Shown: piece by piece, positions 1 to 7,844 of the stretch | How positions within the stretch are numbered: the first letter of the stretch is position 1 | How the letters are laid out: every line of letters starts with the position of its first letter | Assembly (NCBI GenBank): GCA_963807305.1 | Contig: CAWEBN010000005.1 | Coordinates: 1,152,401-1,192,400, forward strand | Reading direction: 5' to 3' | DNA length: 40,000 nt | From: an uncultured Actinomycetes bacterium | GTDB lineage: Bacteria > Actinomycetota > Thermoleophilia > Solirubrobacterales > Solirubrobacteraceae | Notes under the pieces: generated by a model | Told to the model about the DNA's origin: nothing | Seen by the model: the letters and a program-made list of their open reading frames with translations, nothing else | Databases searched by the model: none | Position numbers and translations under genes: made by a program

Positions 1-1
1 G

Positions 2-667
2 ACGATCGCCGCGCGCTATCCGGAGTACAAGCCGGCGCCGGTGTCGGGCATCCCGACGCAGGAGATCTACACGCTGTTCGGCTCGGCGGTCGCGTCCGAC
101 CGCGGCACGCGCCGCCTGGTGGGGGTGGCGGCCCAGGGGATGACCGCGTGCCCGTGTGCGCAGCAGCTCGTCGCGGGCCGCTCGCGCGAGCGCCTGATCG
201 CCGATGGGTTCGGTGACGACGAGATCGAGCGCATCTTCGAGGCGGTCCCGGTGGCCACGCACAACCAGCGCGGCCTGGGCACGCTCCACCTCGGGCTGCC
301 CGAGGCGTGCAGGACCGACGTCGACGCCGCGGAGCTGCTGGAGATCGTCGAGGACTCGATGTCGAGCGAGATCTACGAGCTCATGAAGCGCTCCGACGAG
401 GCCTCGGTGGTCGAGAAGGCCCACCGCCGTCCGCGCTTCGTCGAGGACTGCGTGCGCGAGGCGATCCGCGGCGCGATGCAGCGCTTCGGGAGCTTGGGCG
501 ACGACGCGTTCGTCTCTGCGCGCCAGGAGAACCTCGAGACGATCCACCAGCACAACGTGGTTGCCGAGCGCTTCGGGCTGCTCGGCGAGCTGCGCCGCGA
601 GCTCGACGCGGGCCACCACGTCGCGCATCACATGACGATGCGCGAGTGGCTCGACGTCGCCGCCTGA
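2..667 (+). CDS. mptA: GTP cyclohydrolase, FolE2/MptA family (5' end outside window)
   Basis: The frame is open from the window edge, with no stop between nt 2 and the GTG at 41. The translation carries FolE2/MptA-type motifs QGMTACPCAQ, VATHNQRG and ENLETIHQHNVVAE. It lies next to H4MPT genes. FolE2 and MptA cannot be separated by eye. Confidence 0.75.
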   Translation, partial: TIAARYPEYKPAPVSGIPTQEIYTLFGSAVASDRGTRRLVGVAAQGMTACPCAQQLVAGRSRERLIADGFGDDEIERIFEAVPVATHNQRGLGTLHLGLPEACRTDVDAAELLEIVEDSMSSEIYELMKRSDEASVVEKAHRRPRFVEDCVREAIRGAMQRFGSLGDDAFVSARQENLETIHQHNVVAERFGLLGELRRELDAGHHVAHHMTMREWLDVAA

Positions 668-1759
668 TCAGCGCAGCCGAATCTCGTCGGCGCCGTACAC
701 CCTGAGGTGGTCGAGCGCAGAGCCGCTCGCACCGGCCACGCCCAGGCGCTCGACGAGCGCCGCGTAGCGCCCTCCCGCCAGGCCGTCGGCCAGCACCGCC
801 GCGCCATGTGCCGCGGCACTGGCGCCGGCACCGGCGCCCGCCACGGCCCGCACCGGCGCCACGGCCGCGAGGCGCTCGCCGAGCGCATCGATGACGCCCG
901 GTGCCTGCCCGAGGCGTCCCGCGACGAGGACCTCGCGCGGCGCCGGCGCGCTGGCCGTCAGCGCCAAAGCAGCCTTCGCCGCGCCTTCCTCCAGCGCGAG
1001 CCACCCCTCGCGGTGGCGCGGGTCGCGGCGCAGCTCCGCCAGCCCCGCGGAGAGGTCGAGCTCGCCCCGCGGATCGAGCGCGCCGCCGCTGAACACGGTC
1101 CGCTTCGACAGGGCGCCGCCGAGGAGGTATGCCACCTCGGCGTCGAGCGCACCGCACGCCCGGGCGCCGATCGGCCCGGCCGAGCCGCCCAGCCCATCGA
1201 CGATGCGCCCGCCGTCGACGGCCACCGCCGCGCTGAACCCACCGCCGAGCTCGAGCATGACGAACGAGGTCTCGGCGAAGTCGATGGCGAGCCGCCGCGC
1301 CTGGTCGACGATGCACAGCGCGACGCTCGCGACCTTGTCGGCGGTGCCGAGGTCGATCCGGTTCCACTTGCGGTAGGCCGGGATCGTCGGCAGGTGGATC
1401 GCTCCCGGGCCGAACACCAGTGGCAGGCCCGCGGCGATGAGCGCACGCACGATCGTGCGCATCCCCCCGACGCCGACGGGGCCGTGCGGCTCGTCCTCGC
1501 GCAGCAGAACGATGAGCGCGAGCTCGTGCTCGCCGACGTGCTCGCCGGGCACGAGCGGCAGCCCATAGCCGGCCGGGCCGAGCACGAGCTCGAACGGCCC
1601 GTGGTCCACGAGCGCCTCGACCAGCGGCGCGGGATCGGCGCCCACCTCGGCGGTGCGGAAGCTGCGCTCGAGGACGACCTCGCCGCCGTCGAGCGCGCAG
1701 ACGTCGAACGACACCGTCCCCGGATCGATGCCCGCAACCCGCGGGCCGCCTGGGTTCAC
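668..1759 (-). CDS. DUF1464-like ASKHA-fold protein associated with H4MPT clusters (function unknown)
   Basis: 363-aa ORF. The GTG start at 1759 overlaps the mtdB stop (GTGA). It has the N-terminal GIDPGTVSFDV and LELGGGFSAAVAV motifs typical of the sugar-kinase/butyrate-kinase-like fold. Family assignment is from memory of archaeal and methylotroph H4MPT clusters. Confidence 0.6.
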   Translation of the reverse strand: MNPGGPRVAGIDPGTVSFDVCALDGGEVVLERSFRTAEVGADPAPLVEALVDHGPFELVLGPAGYGLPLVPGEHVGEHELALIVLLREDEPHGPVGVGGMRTIVRALIAAGLPLVFGPGAIHLPTIPAYRKWNRIDLGTADKVASVALCIVDQARRLAIDFAETSFVMLELGGGFSAAVAVDGGRIVDGLGGSAGPIGARACGALDAEVAYLLGGALSKRTVFSGGALDPRGELDLSAGLAELRRDPRHREGWLALEEGAAKAALALTASAPAPREVLVAGRLGQAPGVIDALGERLAAVAPVRAVAGAGAGASAAAHGAAVLADGLAGGRYAALVERLGVAGASGSALDHLRVYGADEIRLR

Positions 1760-2625
1760 ACGAGCTCCTTGGCGACCTCGTAGACCGTGTCGGTGTCGAA
1801 GACCTGGTCGTTGCTCTCGAACATCCGCCGTATGCAGGTCTTGTGGACCTTCATCTTCGGCCCGCCGATCGCCAGCGCACCGAGCACGAGCTTGCCGCCG
1901 TGGTCGGCGAGGTCGTCGGTCGCCTTGGTGCCCTCGAGGCCGAGCGGATCGGCTGCGTTGTAGTCGGCGAGCAGCTCGATGCTCGGGTGCGCGGACCAGA
2001 AGTCCTCGCGCAGCACCTCCACGCCGGCCGGTCCCGCGGACAGGACGACCTGCGCGCCGTCGAGCGTCGCCTCGAGCTCGGAGCGGTCCTTCGGCTCGCG
2101 GGGCTCGAGGCCGAGCTCCTCGGCGGCGTCCAGACCACGCGGGCGGCGGTAGGGGCGGTCGTCGTCGAACAGGTCGGCCGGCAGGGGGGCGACGACGACC
2201 TCGCAGCCCTCCTTCTGCAGCAGGATCGCCGAGCGCAGCCCGACGGATCCCAGGCCGAGCACGACCGCCCGCTTGCCCTCGAGGTCGTAGGACTTGGCGA
2301 TCCGCGCGATCGTCGTGGCCGCGGTCGTGTTGCAGCCGTTGGAGTCGAGCATGACCGAGACCTTGAACGGGCCGAAGAACGCCTTCTGCACCTCGGCGAA
2401 GATCTCCTCGCCGGCGGCCACGTGCTTGCCGCCGACCCAGATGGCCGTGTTCTTCAGGTCATCGGGTCCGCGGGTGAAGAACGCGTCCTGCGCGAGGGCG
2501 CGGGCGTCCTCGCGCGTGACGTTGCCGTGTGAGAGCAGGACGTCCACGTCCGCGTCTTGCGCGACGATCGCGTCGAACGGGCTGGGGTGCTCCTCGGTGT
2601 CGAGCTGGAGCAGGATTCTCTTCAC
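1756..2625 (-). CDS. mtdB: NAD(P)-dependent methylene-tetrahydromethanopterin dehydrogenase (MtdA/MtdB family)
   Basis: 289 aa from GTG 2625, with SD GAGGAGG 4 nt upstream and a GTGA overlap with the upstream stop. KRILLQLDTEEHPSPFD, the GLGSVGLRSA Rossmann loop and the C-terminal GGPKMKVHKTCI match the Mtd family. The upstream part of the 826-aa track ORF is an Arg/Pro-rich artefact. Confidence 0.85.
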   Translation of the reverse strand: MKRILLQLDTEEHPSPFDAIVAQDADVDVLLSHGNVTREDARALAQDAFFTRGPDDLKNTAIWVGGKHVAAGEEIFAEVQKAFFGPFKVSVMLDSNGCNTTAATTIARIAKSYDLEGKRAVVLGLGSVGLRSAILLQKEGCEVVVAPLPADLFDDDRPYRRPRGLDAAEELGLEPREPKDRSELEATLDGAQVVLSAGPAGVEVLREDFWSAHPSIELLADYNAADPLGLEGTKATDDLADHGGKLVLGALAIGGPKMKVHKTCIRRMFESNDQVFDTDTVYEVAKELV

Positions 2626-4028
2626 GATGCCTCCTCGGTCTCGTCGTCGGGTGATGGCCTGGTGGAGCGAGCGGTCAGCCGGACGCGCTCGCGGCGCGGC
2701 TCGGCGAAGGTCAGGTAGCCCCAATCCAGGGGGGACTCCTGGCGGTAGTTCTTCCCCAACCCGCGGGCGATCGAGGCCTTCATCAGCTCTTTGCCCAGAT
2801 AGAAGGCGTGGGTGTGCTCCTCGACGCCGAGCTCGTCGAAGATCGCGTTGATGTCGGTGCCCTTGACGAAGCGCTCGGCGTTGAAGGCATAGATCCACTC
2901 GGCGTCCGCGAAGATGCGGATGTTGGGGTCGGTGATGCTCGCGTGCAGCTCGCGCAGCTCGGCCTCCGTGTAGGGACTCACCTCCTCGTCCTTGATCGTC
3001 AGCAGTCGCCCGTCGACGTGCTTGGGCGGCGTTCCCTCCTGCTGGGCGAAGTGCATCAGCTGGGCCGCCAGGACGGCCTCGCGCACGGCGCCCCGCGCCC
3101 AGTCGATGACCTCCGTGGTCAGGACGTTGCGGATGCCGAGCTCCTGGCAGAAGCCGAGCAGCATCGCGGTGACGCCGGTCGTGTCGGCCTCGGTGAGCTC
3201 GGTCAGGTTGCCGATGCCCATCAGCATCTCGACATCGGGGTGGCGCCGGCGGACCTCCAGGTAGCGCCCGAGGCTGGCGGCGAAGCCCGAGCCGATCGGC
3301 TCGATGATCGGGTCGACGAGGAACGGCTTGCCGAGCGCTCGGAGGTGGGCGATGGTCGCGTCGAGGCTGTCCAGGTCGTCGGGCGTGTCGGGGATCAGGA
3401 CGGGCGTCGCGCGCAGCTGCTCGGCGACATGGCGGTTGTCGCCGTTGAGGCTGAGGACGTAGTCCACGCCCGCGGCATCGGCCATGACGATCTCGTCGGG
3501 ATCGAGCGTGTCGATGCTGAGCGTGAAGTCGCGCGCCTTGAGGTCGGCGATCACCTCGGGCCCGTCGTCGAGCCAGTCGCGGTCCAGCGAGAGCCCGAGG
3601 TCGATGACGTCGGCGCCCGCGTCGCGGTAGTAGGTGGCCCGTTCGACGATCAGCTCGCGGTCGAGGCGCGGAACGTTGTTGATCTCGGCGAAGACGCGGA
3701 TGTTGCGCGCGCCGTAGCGCGAGCGGGCGTCGGCCTGCCCGAAGAACGCAGGCAGCCGCTTGAGGTCGCCCGGGCCCTTCTCGGCCGGGACCCCGAGCTG
3801 CTCGGCGAGCACCTCGGGGTCGCCCTCGCACAGGCCCGGGATCATGATCCGCGTCACGCCCTCGGGGACCTCGAGGCGCTTGGCGATCCAGGCCGGCGTC
3901 ATGAGCGCCGCGACCGTGATCTTCATCACCGCGACGTCGTAGTCGAACGGCAGCTCCGCGCGCCGCAGCGTCTCGCGCAGCGCGGGCGCCGCGAGCTTGC
4001 CGGTTACGAAGAGGTAGCGATCGGCTAT
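2622..4028 (-). CDS. Dihydropteroate-synthase-like protein of H4MPT biosynthesis (N-terminal DUF6513-like domain plus pterin-binding domain)
   Basis: The pterin-binding/DHPS-like core is readable (ADVIDLGLSL, LSIDT, MGIGNLTELTEADT). The first canonical start is GTG 3929/ATG 3926. The conserved-looking N-terminus IADRYLFVTGKLAAPAL continues up to the in-frame TAG at 4029-4031, so I extend the call to 4028. The start is uncertain. Confidence 0.7.
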   Translation of the reverse strand: MADRYLFVTGKLAAPALRETLRRAELPFDYDVAVMKITVAALMTPAWIAKRLEVPEGVTRIMIPGLCEGDPEVLAEQLGVPAEKGPGDLKRLPAFFGQADARSRYGARNIRVFAEINNVPRLDRELIVERATYYRDAGADVIDLGLSLDRDWLDDGPEVIADLKARDFTLSIDTLDPDEIVMADAAGVDYVLSLNGDNRHVAEQLRATPVLIPDTPDDLDSLDATIAHLRALGKPFLVDPIIEPIGSGFAASLGRYLEVRRRHPDVEMLMGIGNLTELTEADTTGVTAMLLGFCQELGIRNVLTTEVIDWARGAVREAVLAAQLMHFAQQEGTPPKHVDGRLLTIKDEEVSPYTEAELRELHASITDPNIRIFADAEWIYAFNAERFVKGTDINAIFDELGVEEHTHAFYLGKELMKASIARGLGKNYRQESPLDWGYLTFAEPRRERVRLTARSTRPSPDDETEEAS

Positions 4029-4406
4029 CTAACGTCCGCCCTTGCTGAAGACGAACTTGTTCGGGCTGCCCTCGAGCGGGCCGCCCTCCTCGGGCCGCCA
4101 GAGCACCGTGTCCTCGATCTTGCGCGCGAGCGCGAAGTCCTTGTCGGTGATGCCGCCGCTGGAGTGCGTGCAGAGCTTGACCCACAGCTTGCCCCACGTC
4201 ACCGACAGGTCGGCGTGGTGCCAGGCCGCCTCGCACAGGTAGCCGACCGCGTTGACGAGCATGAGCGTCGTCGGCCAGCCGTCGGTGTTGAACTTGCGCC
4301 GGATCCAGCCGTCCTCGTAGTACCAGTCGTCGAGGCCGTGCTCCTTGAGCTTGGCGTCGATCTCGTCGACCGGGTACTTCTCGAGCTTCTCCTGGGTCTG
4401 CGCCAT
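4029..4406 (-). CDS. Pterin-4a-carbinolamine dehydratase (PCD/PhhB family)
   Basis: 125 aa, with SD GAAGGAGGG 6 nt upstream of ATG 4406. The canonical PCD signature is readable: E-AAW-HH-A-DLSVT-W-x9-H-x8-D (EAAWHHADLSVTWGKLWVKLCTHSSGGITDKD). Confidence 0.8.
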   Translation of the reverse strand: MAQTQEKLEKYPVDEIDAKLKEHGLDDWYYEDGWIRRKFNTDGWPTTLMLVNAVGYLCEAAWHHADLSVTWGKLWVKLCTHSSGGITDKDFALARKIEDTVLWRPEEGGPLEGSPNKFVFSKGGR

Positions 4407-4443
4407 GGCATTCCCTCCTTCGGGTCCGCGGGTTCTCCGCCGC

Positions 4444-5181
4444 CTACAGTACGCCGCCGTTGACGTTGATCGCCTGGCCGGTGACGAACGCGGCCTCGGG
4501 GGAGGCGAGGTAGAGGGCCGCGTCCGCGACGTCCCGCGGGCGGCCCCATCGCCCCAGCGGGGTGTCCTCCGCGACCGAGCGGTGGAAGTCGCGATCGACC
4601 TGCTCGCCGAAGCCGGTCTCGATCCAACCGGGACTCAGCACGTTGACGCGCACCTCCGGGGCGAGGGCACGCGCCAGGCTCTTGCTGAAGGCCAGCACCC
4701 CGCCCTTGACGGCGGAGAACAGCTGCGGGTCGTCGCCGGCCATCCCGGTCGTCACGTGGTCCCAGCTCATGTTGAGGATCGTGCCGCCGCCGTCCTGGCG
4801 GCGCATGAGCTCGCCCGCCGCGTACGAGCACGCGATCGTGCCCTTCAGGTCGACCGCGAGCAGCGCGTCGAGCTTGTGCTCCCAATCCCACACCGCCGCG
4901 GCGCCGGTGAGGACGTCGACACCCGCGTTGTTGACCCACACGTCGAGGCGGCCGAGCTCGTCGCGCGCCTGCGCCACCAGGCCCTCGCACGCCTCGCGCG
5001 TGCCGAGGTCCGCCTGCGCGACCAGCGCGCGCCCGCCGCGCCCGGCGATCGCATCGGCGACCTCGCGGGCGCGCTCGAGCGACGCGCGGTGCGTCAGCAG
5101 GACCGTCGCGCCCTGCGCGGCGAACGTCTCGGCGATGGCACGGCCGATCCCGCTGCTCGCTCCGGTCACGACAGCGTGCAG
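4444..5181 (-). CDS. Short-chain dehydrogenase/reductase (classical SDR, atypical FxxxK active site)
   Basis: TGASSGIG cofactor loop, NNAG, catalytic Ser in NMSW, and PG-x-I-x-T. The first canonical start (GTG 5169) would remove Rossmann strand beta-1 (LHAVVTG), so the call is extended to CTG 5181. The true start could lie anywhere between 5181 and 5226. Confidence 0.7.
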   Translation of the reverse strand: MHAVVTGASSGIGRAIAETFAAQGATVLLTHRASLERAREVADAIAGRGGRALVAQADLGTREACEGLVAQARDELGRLDVWVNNAGVDVLTGAAAVWDWEHKLDALLAVDLKGTIACSYAAGELMRRQDGGGTILNMSWDHVTTGMAGDDPQLFSAVKGGVLAFSKSLARALAPEVRVNVLSPGWIETGFGEQVDRDFHRSVAEDTPLGRWGRPRDVADAALYLASPEAAFVTGQAINVNGGVL

Positions 5182-5226
5182 GCCGGCGAGCCGGCCTGCC
5201 CCGGCGGATGGAGCCGGCGTGGCGGG

Positions 5227-5739
5227 TCAGTCCTCCACGCCGCCCGCGAACGGATGGCGCGCCGCCTCGGCCGAATCGGCGACCGCGCTCACGCTCGGCT
5301 CGCCCTTGAGCGCGCGCTCGATCGATTCCTTGGTCGCCTGGTAGTTGTAGTCGAAGATCTTCTTGTCGTCCGTGGCTTCCCAGTGGATGAAGACGCCGAC
5401 GATGATGCAGAGGTCGTCGACGTCGCCCGCGGGGATGATCCCGTCGCGCACCGCATGGACGACGGCGCGCGATACCGCCGCCTGGGCGGGGCCGAACATC
5501 TGCACGGCCTGCGTGGCGCCCTTCATCGTGACCTTGTTGGAGATGATCGTGTCGGGCTTGCACGGAAGGTTGGGCGTGACCACCGCGAGGAGGTTCGTGT
5601 GACCCTCCTTCTGGTTGACGAGCGAATTCGCGAATGCCTCGCCGACCGGCCCGCTCTTCGAACCGATGAGGAGGTCGATGTGCGCAACCTCGTTGCCCTC
5701 GCCGACGAGCGACTCTCCGACCTTGAACGCAGCGGCCAT
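5227..5739 (-). CDS. fae: Formaldehyde-activating enzyme (5,6,7,8-tetrahydromethanopterin hydro-lyase)
   Basis: 170 aa, with SD AGGAGG 7 nt upstream of ATG 5739. The sequence [28 protein letters not shown]...[14 protein letters not shown]...[11 protein letters not shown] is a textbook Fae. Confidence 0.95.
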   Translation of the reverse strand: MAAAFKVGESLVGEGNEVAHIDLLIGSKSGPVGEAFANSLVNQKEGHTNLLAVVTPNLPCKPDTIISNKVTMKGATQAVQMFGPAQAAVSRAVVHAVRDGIIPAGDVDDLCIIVGVFIHWEATDDKKIFDYNYQATKESIERALKGEPSVSAVADSAEAARHPFAGGVED

Positions 5740-5764
5740 GACCCGTCCTCCTATGGTTTTCGGG

Positions 5765-6706
5765 ATGCCTGAGAAATCAGGGAAGGGGCCGGCGACTCTA
5801 ACTTCTGGCGCCGAGAGGGGTCAAGCGGGTGGCCGGCGGTCGTCCGCACATGCCGGTGCGGCGACCGTTCGTACCGCCGATGCCGTCGCCGGTGCCGCAC
5901 AGCTCGCGTGCGTGCTGGAGGTCAGCGCCGAGAAGCCGGGCAACATCACGCCCAGCCACGACTTCGAGGACACCGGCTACGAGGACATGCTGCGCAGCGC
6001 CATCGCGGTCGGCCCCGAGCTGGCGCGCGCCGGCGAGCGCGGCGTGGGCGACACGATCCTGGCGGTCGTGCAGGCGTCGCGCCGCGCGGCGCGGGCGAAC
6101 ACGAACCTCGGGATCGCGCTGCTGCTCGCTCCGCTGGCGAAGGCGGCGCTCGAAGGCGGCCCGCTGCGCGATCGGCTCGTGGCGACGCTCGGTGCGCTCG
6201 GCGTGGCCGATGCGCGCGCCGCCTATGCGGCGATCCGCATGGCCGGCGCCGGCGGTCTCGACGAGCGCGTTGAGCACGACGTGCGCTCCGAGCCGACCGT
6301 CGGCCTGCGCGACGCCATGGCGAGCGCGGCCGCGCGCGATGCGATCGCGGCGGAGTACGTCAGCGACTTCGCGCTGACCTTCGAGACCGGGGTCCCGGCG
6401 CTGGCCGCGGCGCTGGGCGATGGGCTCGGCGAGCGCGACGCGATCGTCGAGTTGCACCTGCGGCTGCTCGACGCGACGCCGGACACGCTGATCGCGCGCA
6501 AGCGCGGGGCGCAGGACGCGGGGCGCGTGTCGGCGGGGGCGCGCGACGTGCTGGCTGCCGGGGGCGTGCGCAGCGCGGACGGGCGGCGCGCCCTGCGCAG
6601 CTTCGACGCCGCGCTGCGCCGGTCCGGGAACGCGCTGAACCCCGGGACCACCGCCGACGTGGTGACAGCGACCCTGTTCGTCGCCCTGCTCGAAGGTATT
6701 CTCTGA
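5765..6706 (+). CDS. Triphosphoribosyl-dephospho-CoA synthase (CitG/MdcB)-like protein of H4MPT/methanofuran clusters
   Basis: [27 protein letters not shown] and NPGTTADVV match the CitG-like family. The start is uncertain. In-frame ATGs at 5738, 5753 and 5765 all overlap the predicted fae promoter/leader. The next canonical start (GTG 5912) would cut the conserved helix [14 protein letters not shown]. Confidence 0.7.
   Translation: MPEKSGKGPATLTSGAERGQAGGRRSSAHAGAATVRTADAVAGAAQLACVLEVSAEKPGNITPSHDFEDTGYEDMLRSAIAVGPELARAGERGVGDTILAVVQASRRAARANTNLGIALLLAPLAKAALEGGPLRDRLVATLGALGVADARAAYAAIRMAGAGGLDERVEHDVRSEPTVGLRDAMASAAARDAIAAEYVSDFALTFETGVPALAAALGDGLGERDAIVELHLRLLDATPDTLIARKRGAQDAGRVSAGARDVLAAGGVRSADGRRALRSFDAALRRSGNALNPGTTADVVTATLFVALLEGIL
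5795..5824 (-). promoter_or_regulatory. Candidate sigma70-type promoter of fae
   Basis: The minus strand reads TTGACC (5824-5819), an 18-nt spacer, then TAGAGT (5800-5795). It lies about 55 nt upstream of the fae ATG in a locally less GC-rich stretch. This is a pattern match only. Confidence 0.4.
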
Positions 6707-6734
6707 CGCCGTCGCACCGGGCGAGCCACTTCTC

Positions 6735-7844
6735 CTGATTGCTCTGAGCGCGCGCATGCTCGCCGATCTGGCGATGCGCGGCGGTCGGTCAGCGGCCGCG
6801 TTCGATCTGTTCGGCGACCTCGACCTGCGACGCGGCGGCGGGCGCGTGGTGGCGCTGCCGGGCGGGAGCCTGACCGCGCTGGTCGACGCCGCGGTCCAGG
6901 CGCCGGCGGGTGGCGTCGTCTATGGGGCGAGCTTCGAGAACCACCCGGAGCTCGTCGCGCGGCTGGCCGAGCGCCACGCGCTGCTCGGCAACGGGCCGCA
7001 GACGCTGCGCGCGGTGCGCGACCCGCAGCGGCTCGCGTCGGCGCTGCGCGATGCGGACCTGCTGTATCCGCGCACCTTCGCCGCGGCGCCCGATGATCGC
7101 TCGGGCCGCTGGCTGTGCAAGCCGCTGCGCGGGGGCGGCGGCACGCGCGTGCGCGCCTGGCGCGGCGGCGCGCTCCCGCCCGACGCGGTCGCGCAGGAGC
7201 GCATCGACGGCGTCGCGTGCTCGGCGGCGGCGGTCGGCGACGGCGTGGACGCGGCCGTGCTCGGCCTCACCGAGCAGCTCGTCGGGCGGCCCTCGTTCGG
7301 CGTGCGCGGCTACCGCTGGTGCGGGAACGTCGTGCCGCCGCGCCTGCCCCCCGGCGAGCGCGCGGACCTGCTGGGCCAGGCGCGCGCGATCTGCTCGCGC
7401 CTGGCGGGCGCGTTCGCCCTGCGCGGGCTGTTCGGCGTCGACTTCGTCTGGGACGGCGAGCGCGCGTGGACGATCGAGGTCAACCCGCGCCCCACGGCCT
7501 CGCTCGAGGCGGTCGAGGACGCGTATGGCGTGGGTGTGTTCGGCGCGCACCTGCGGGCGTGCGCCGGCGAGCTGCCGCGGGCGGAGGGCGAGCCCGCCGG
7601 CGCGGCGGGCAAGGCGGTGCTCTTCGCCACCGAGGACGTGGTCATCGGCGACAGCGTGCGCTGGCTGGAGCGCGGGGTGCGCGACGTCCCGCGCCCAGGC
7701 GAGCGCATCGCGGCGGGGCATCCGATCTGCACCGTCGTGGCCATCGCGGCGACCCCGGAGGCAGCGCTCCGGAGCCTCGAGGGGCAGGCCGCGCGGCTGC
7801 GCGCGGAGCTCGAACCGCAGGTGGAGGTGGCGGCCGGTGGCTGA
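6735..7844 (+). CDS. ATP-grasp ligase of H4MPT/methanofuran cofactor biosynthesis (pre-ATP-grasp type, possibly MfnD-like)
   Basis: ATP-grasp core CKPLRGGGGTRV, GLFGVDFVW and IEVNPRP. The first canonical start is ATG 6756, but the conserved-looking N-terminus PLLLIALSARMLADLAMRGG..FDLFGDLD begins upstream. The call is extended to CTG 6735; ATT 6738 and CTG 6744 are alternatives. Confidence 0.7.
   Translation: MIALSARMLADLAMRGGRSAAAFDLFGDLDLRRGGGRVVALPGGSLTALVDAAVQAPAGGVVYGASFENHPELVARLAERHALLGNGPQTLRAVRDPQRLASALRDADLLYPRTFAAAPDDRSGRWLCKPLRGGGGTRVRAWRGGALPPDAVAQERIDGVACSAAAVGDGVDAAVLGLTEQLVGRPSFGVRGYRWCGNVVPPRLPPGERADLLGQARAICSRLAGAFALRGLFGVDFVWDGERAWTIEVNPRPTASLEAVEDAYGVGVFGAHLRACAGELPRAEGEPAGAAGKAVLFATEDVVIGDSVRWLERGVRDVPRPGERIAAGHPICTVVAIAATPEAALRSLEGQAARLRAELEPQVEVAAGG

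Noticed and set aside
665-670. Convergent genes sharing palindromic stop pairs: TGATCA at 665-670 and TCTAGA at 29511-29516.
   Set aside because: TGA/TCA and TAG/CTA are reverse complements, so abutting convergent genes produce such palindromes trivially. I only note the lack of terminators.
381-1367. Long alternative-frame/antisense ORFs with Arg/Ala/Gly/Pro-rich translations. Examples: 381-1367, 707-1783, 4199-5563, 6789-7982, 8061-10355, 10589-11995, 14993-16255, 19793-21826, 31993-34032, 33144-35591.
   Set aside because: Stop codons are rare in all six frames of very GC-rich DNA. These ORFs overlap genes with clear family motifs, have low-complexity composition and lack SD or start context. 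I treat them as non-coding shadows.
2626-4236. The 826-aa ORF 1756-4236, and likewise the N-terminal extensions of ORFs 6910-9024, 7851-10661, 12828-14273, 14110-16620, 18428-21832 and 23207-26473.
   Set aside because: Only the motif-bearing portions are real genes (mtdB, fhcB, fhcA, mptN, AAK-like, pabAB, PQQ dehydrogenase). The extensions run through neighbouring genes in another frame.
5194-5226. The Pro/Ala/Thr/Ser-rich 'linker' PATPAPSAGAG between Fae and the SDR as evidence for a fusion protein.
   Set aside because: Any frame of GC-rich intergenic DNA translates to P/A/G/R/S/T-rich peptides, so the linker-like look has little evidential value.
5227-5229. Selenocysteine or genetic-code reassignment as an explanation for the in-frame TGA (fae/SDR) and TAG (PCD/DHPS-like).
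   Set aside because: TGA and TAG clearly act as stops for many genes in the window, including the ATGA/GTGA overlaps. No SECIS-like hairpin is obvious right after 5227. Global recoding is therefore unlikely. Local read-through remains only a minor hypothesis.
5737-5740. Shared CATG start tetranucleotides of divergent genes (5737-5740 and 14968-14971) as a designed bidirectional signal.
   Set aside because: Any ATG preceded by C creates an ATG on the opposite strand. The chance of this being in frame with the divergent ORF is not small. It is reported only as part of the tight head-to-head spacing observations.
5829-6377. ORF 5829-6377 (+, [14 protein letters not shown]...) as an alternative start region for the CitG-like gene.
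   Set aside because: It is in a different frame from the motif-bearing CitG-like translation ([16 protein letters not shown]), and its own translation is low-complexity.
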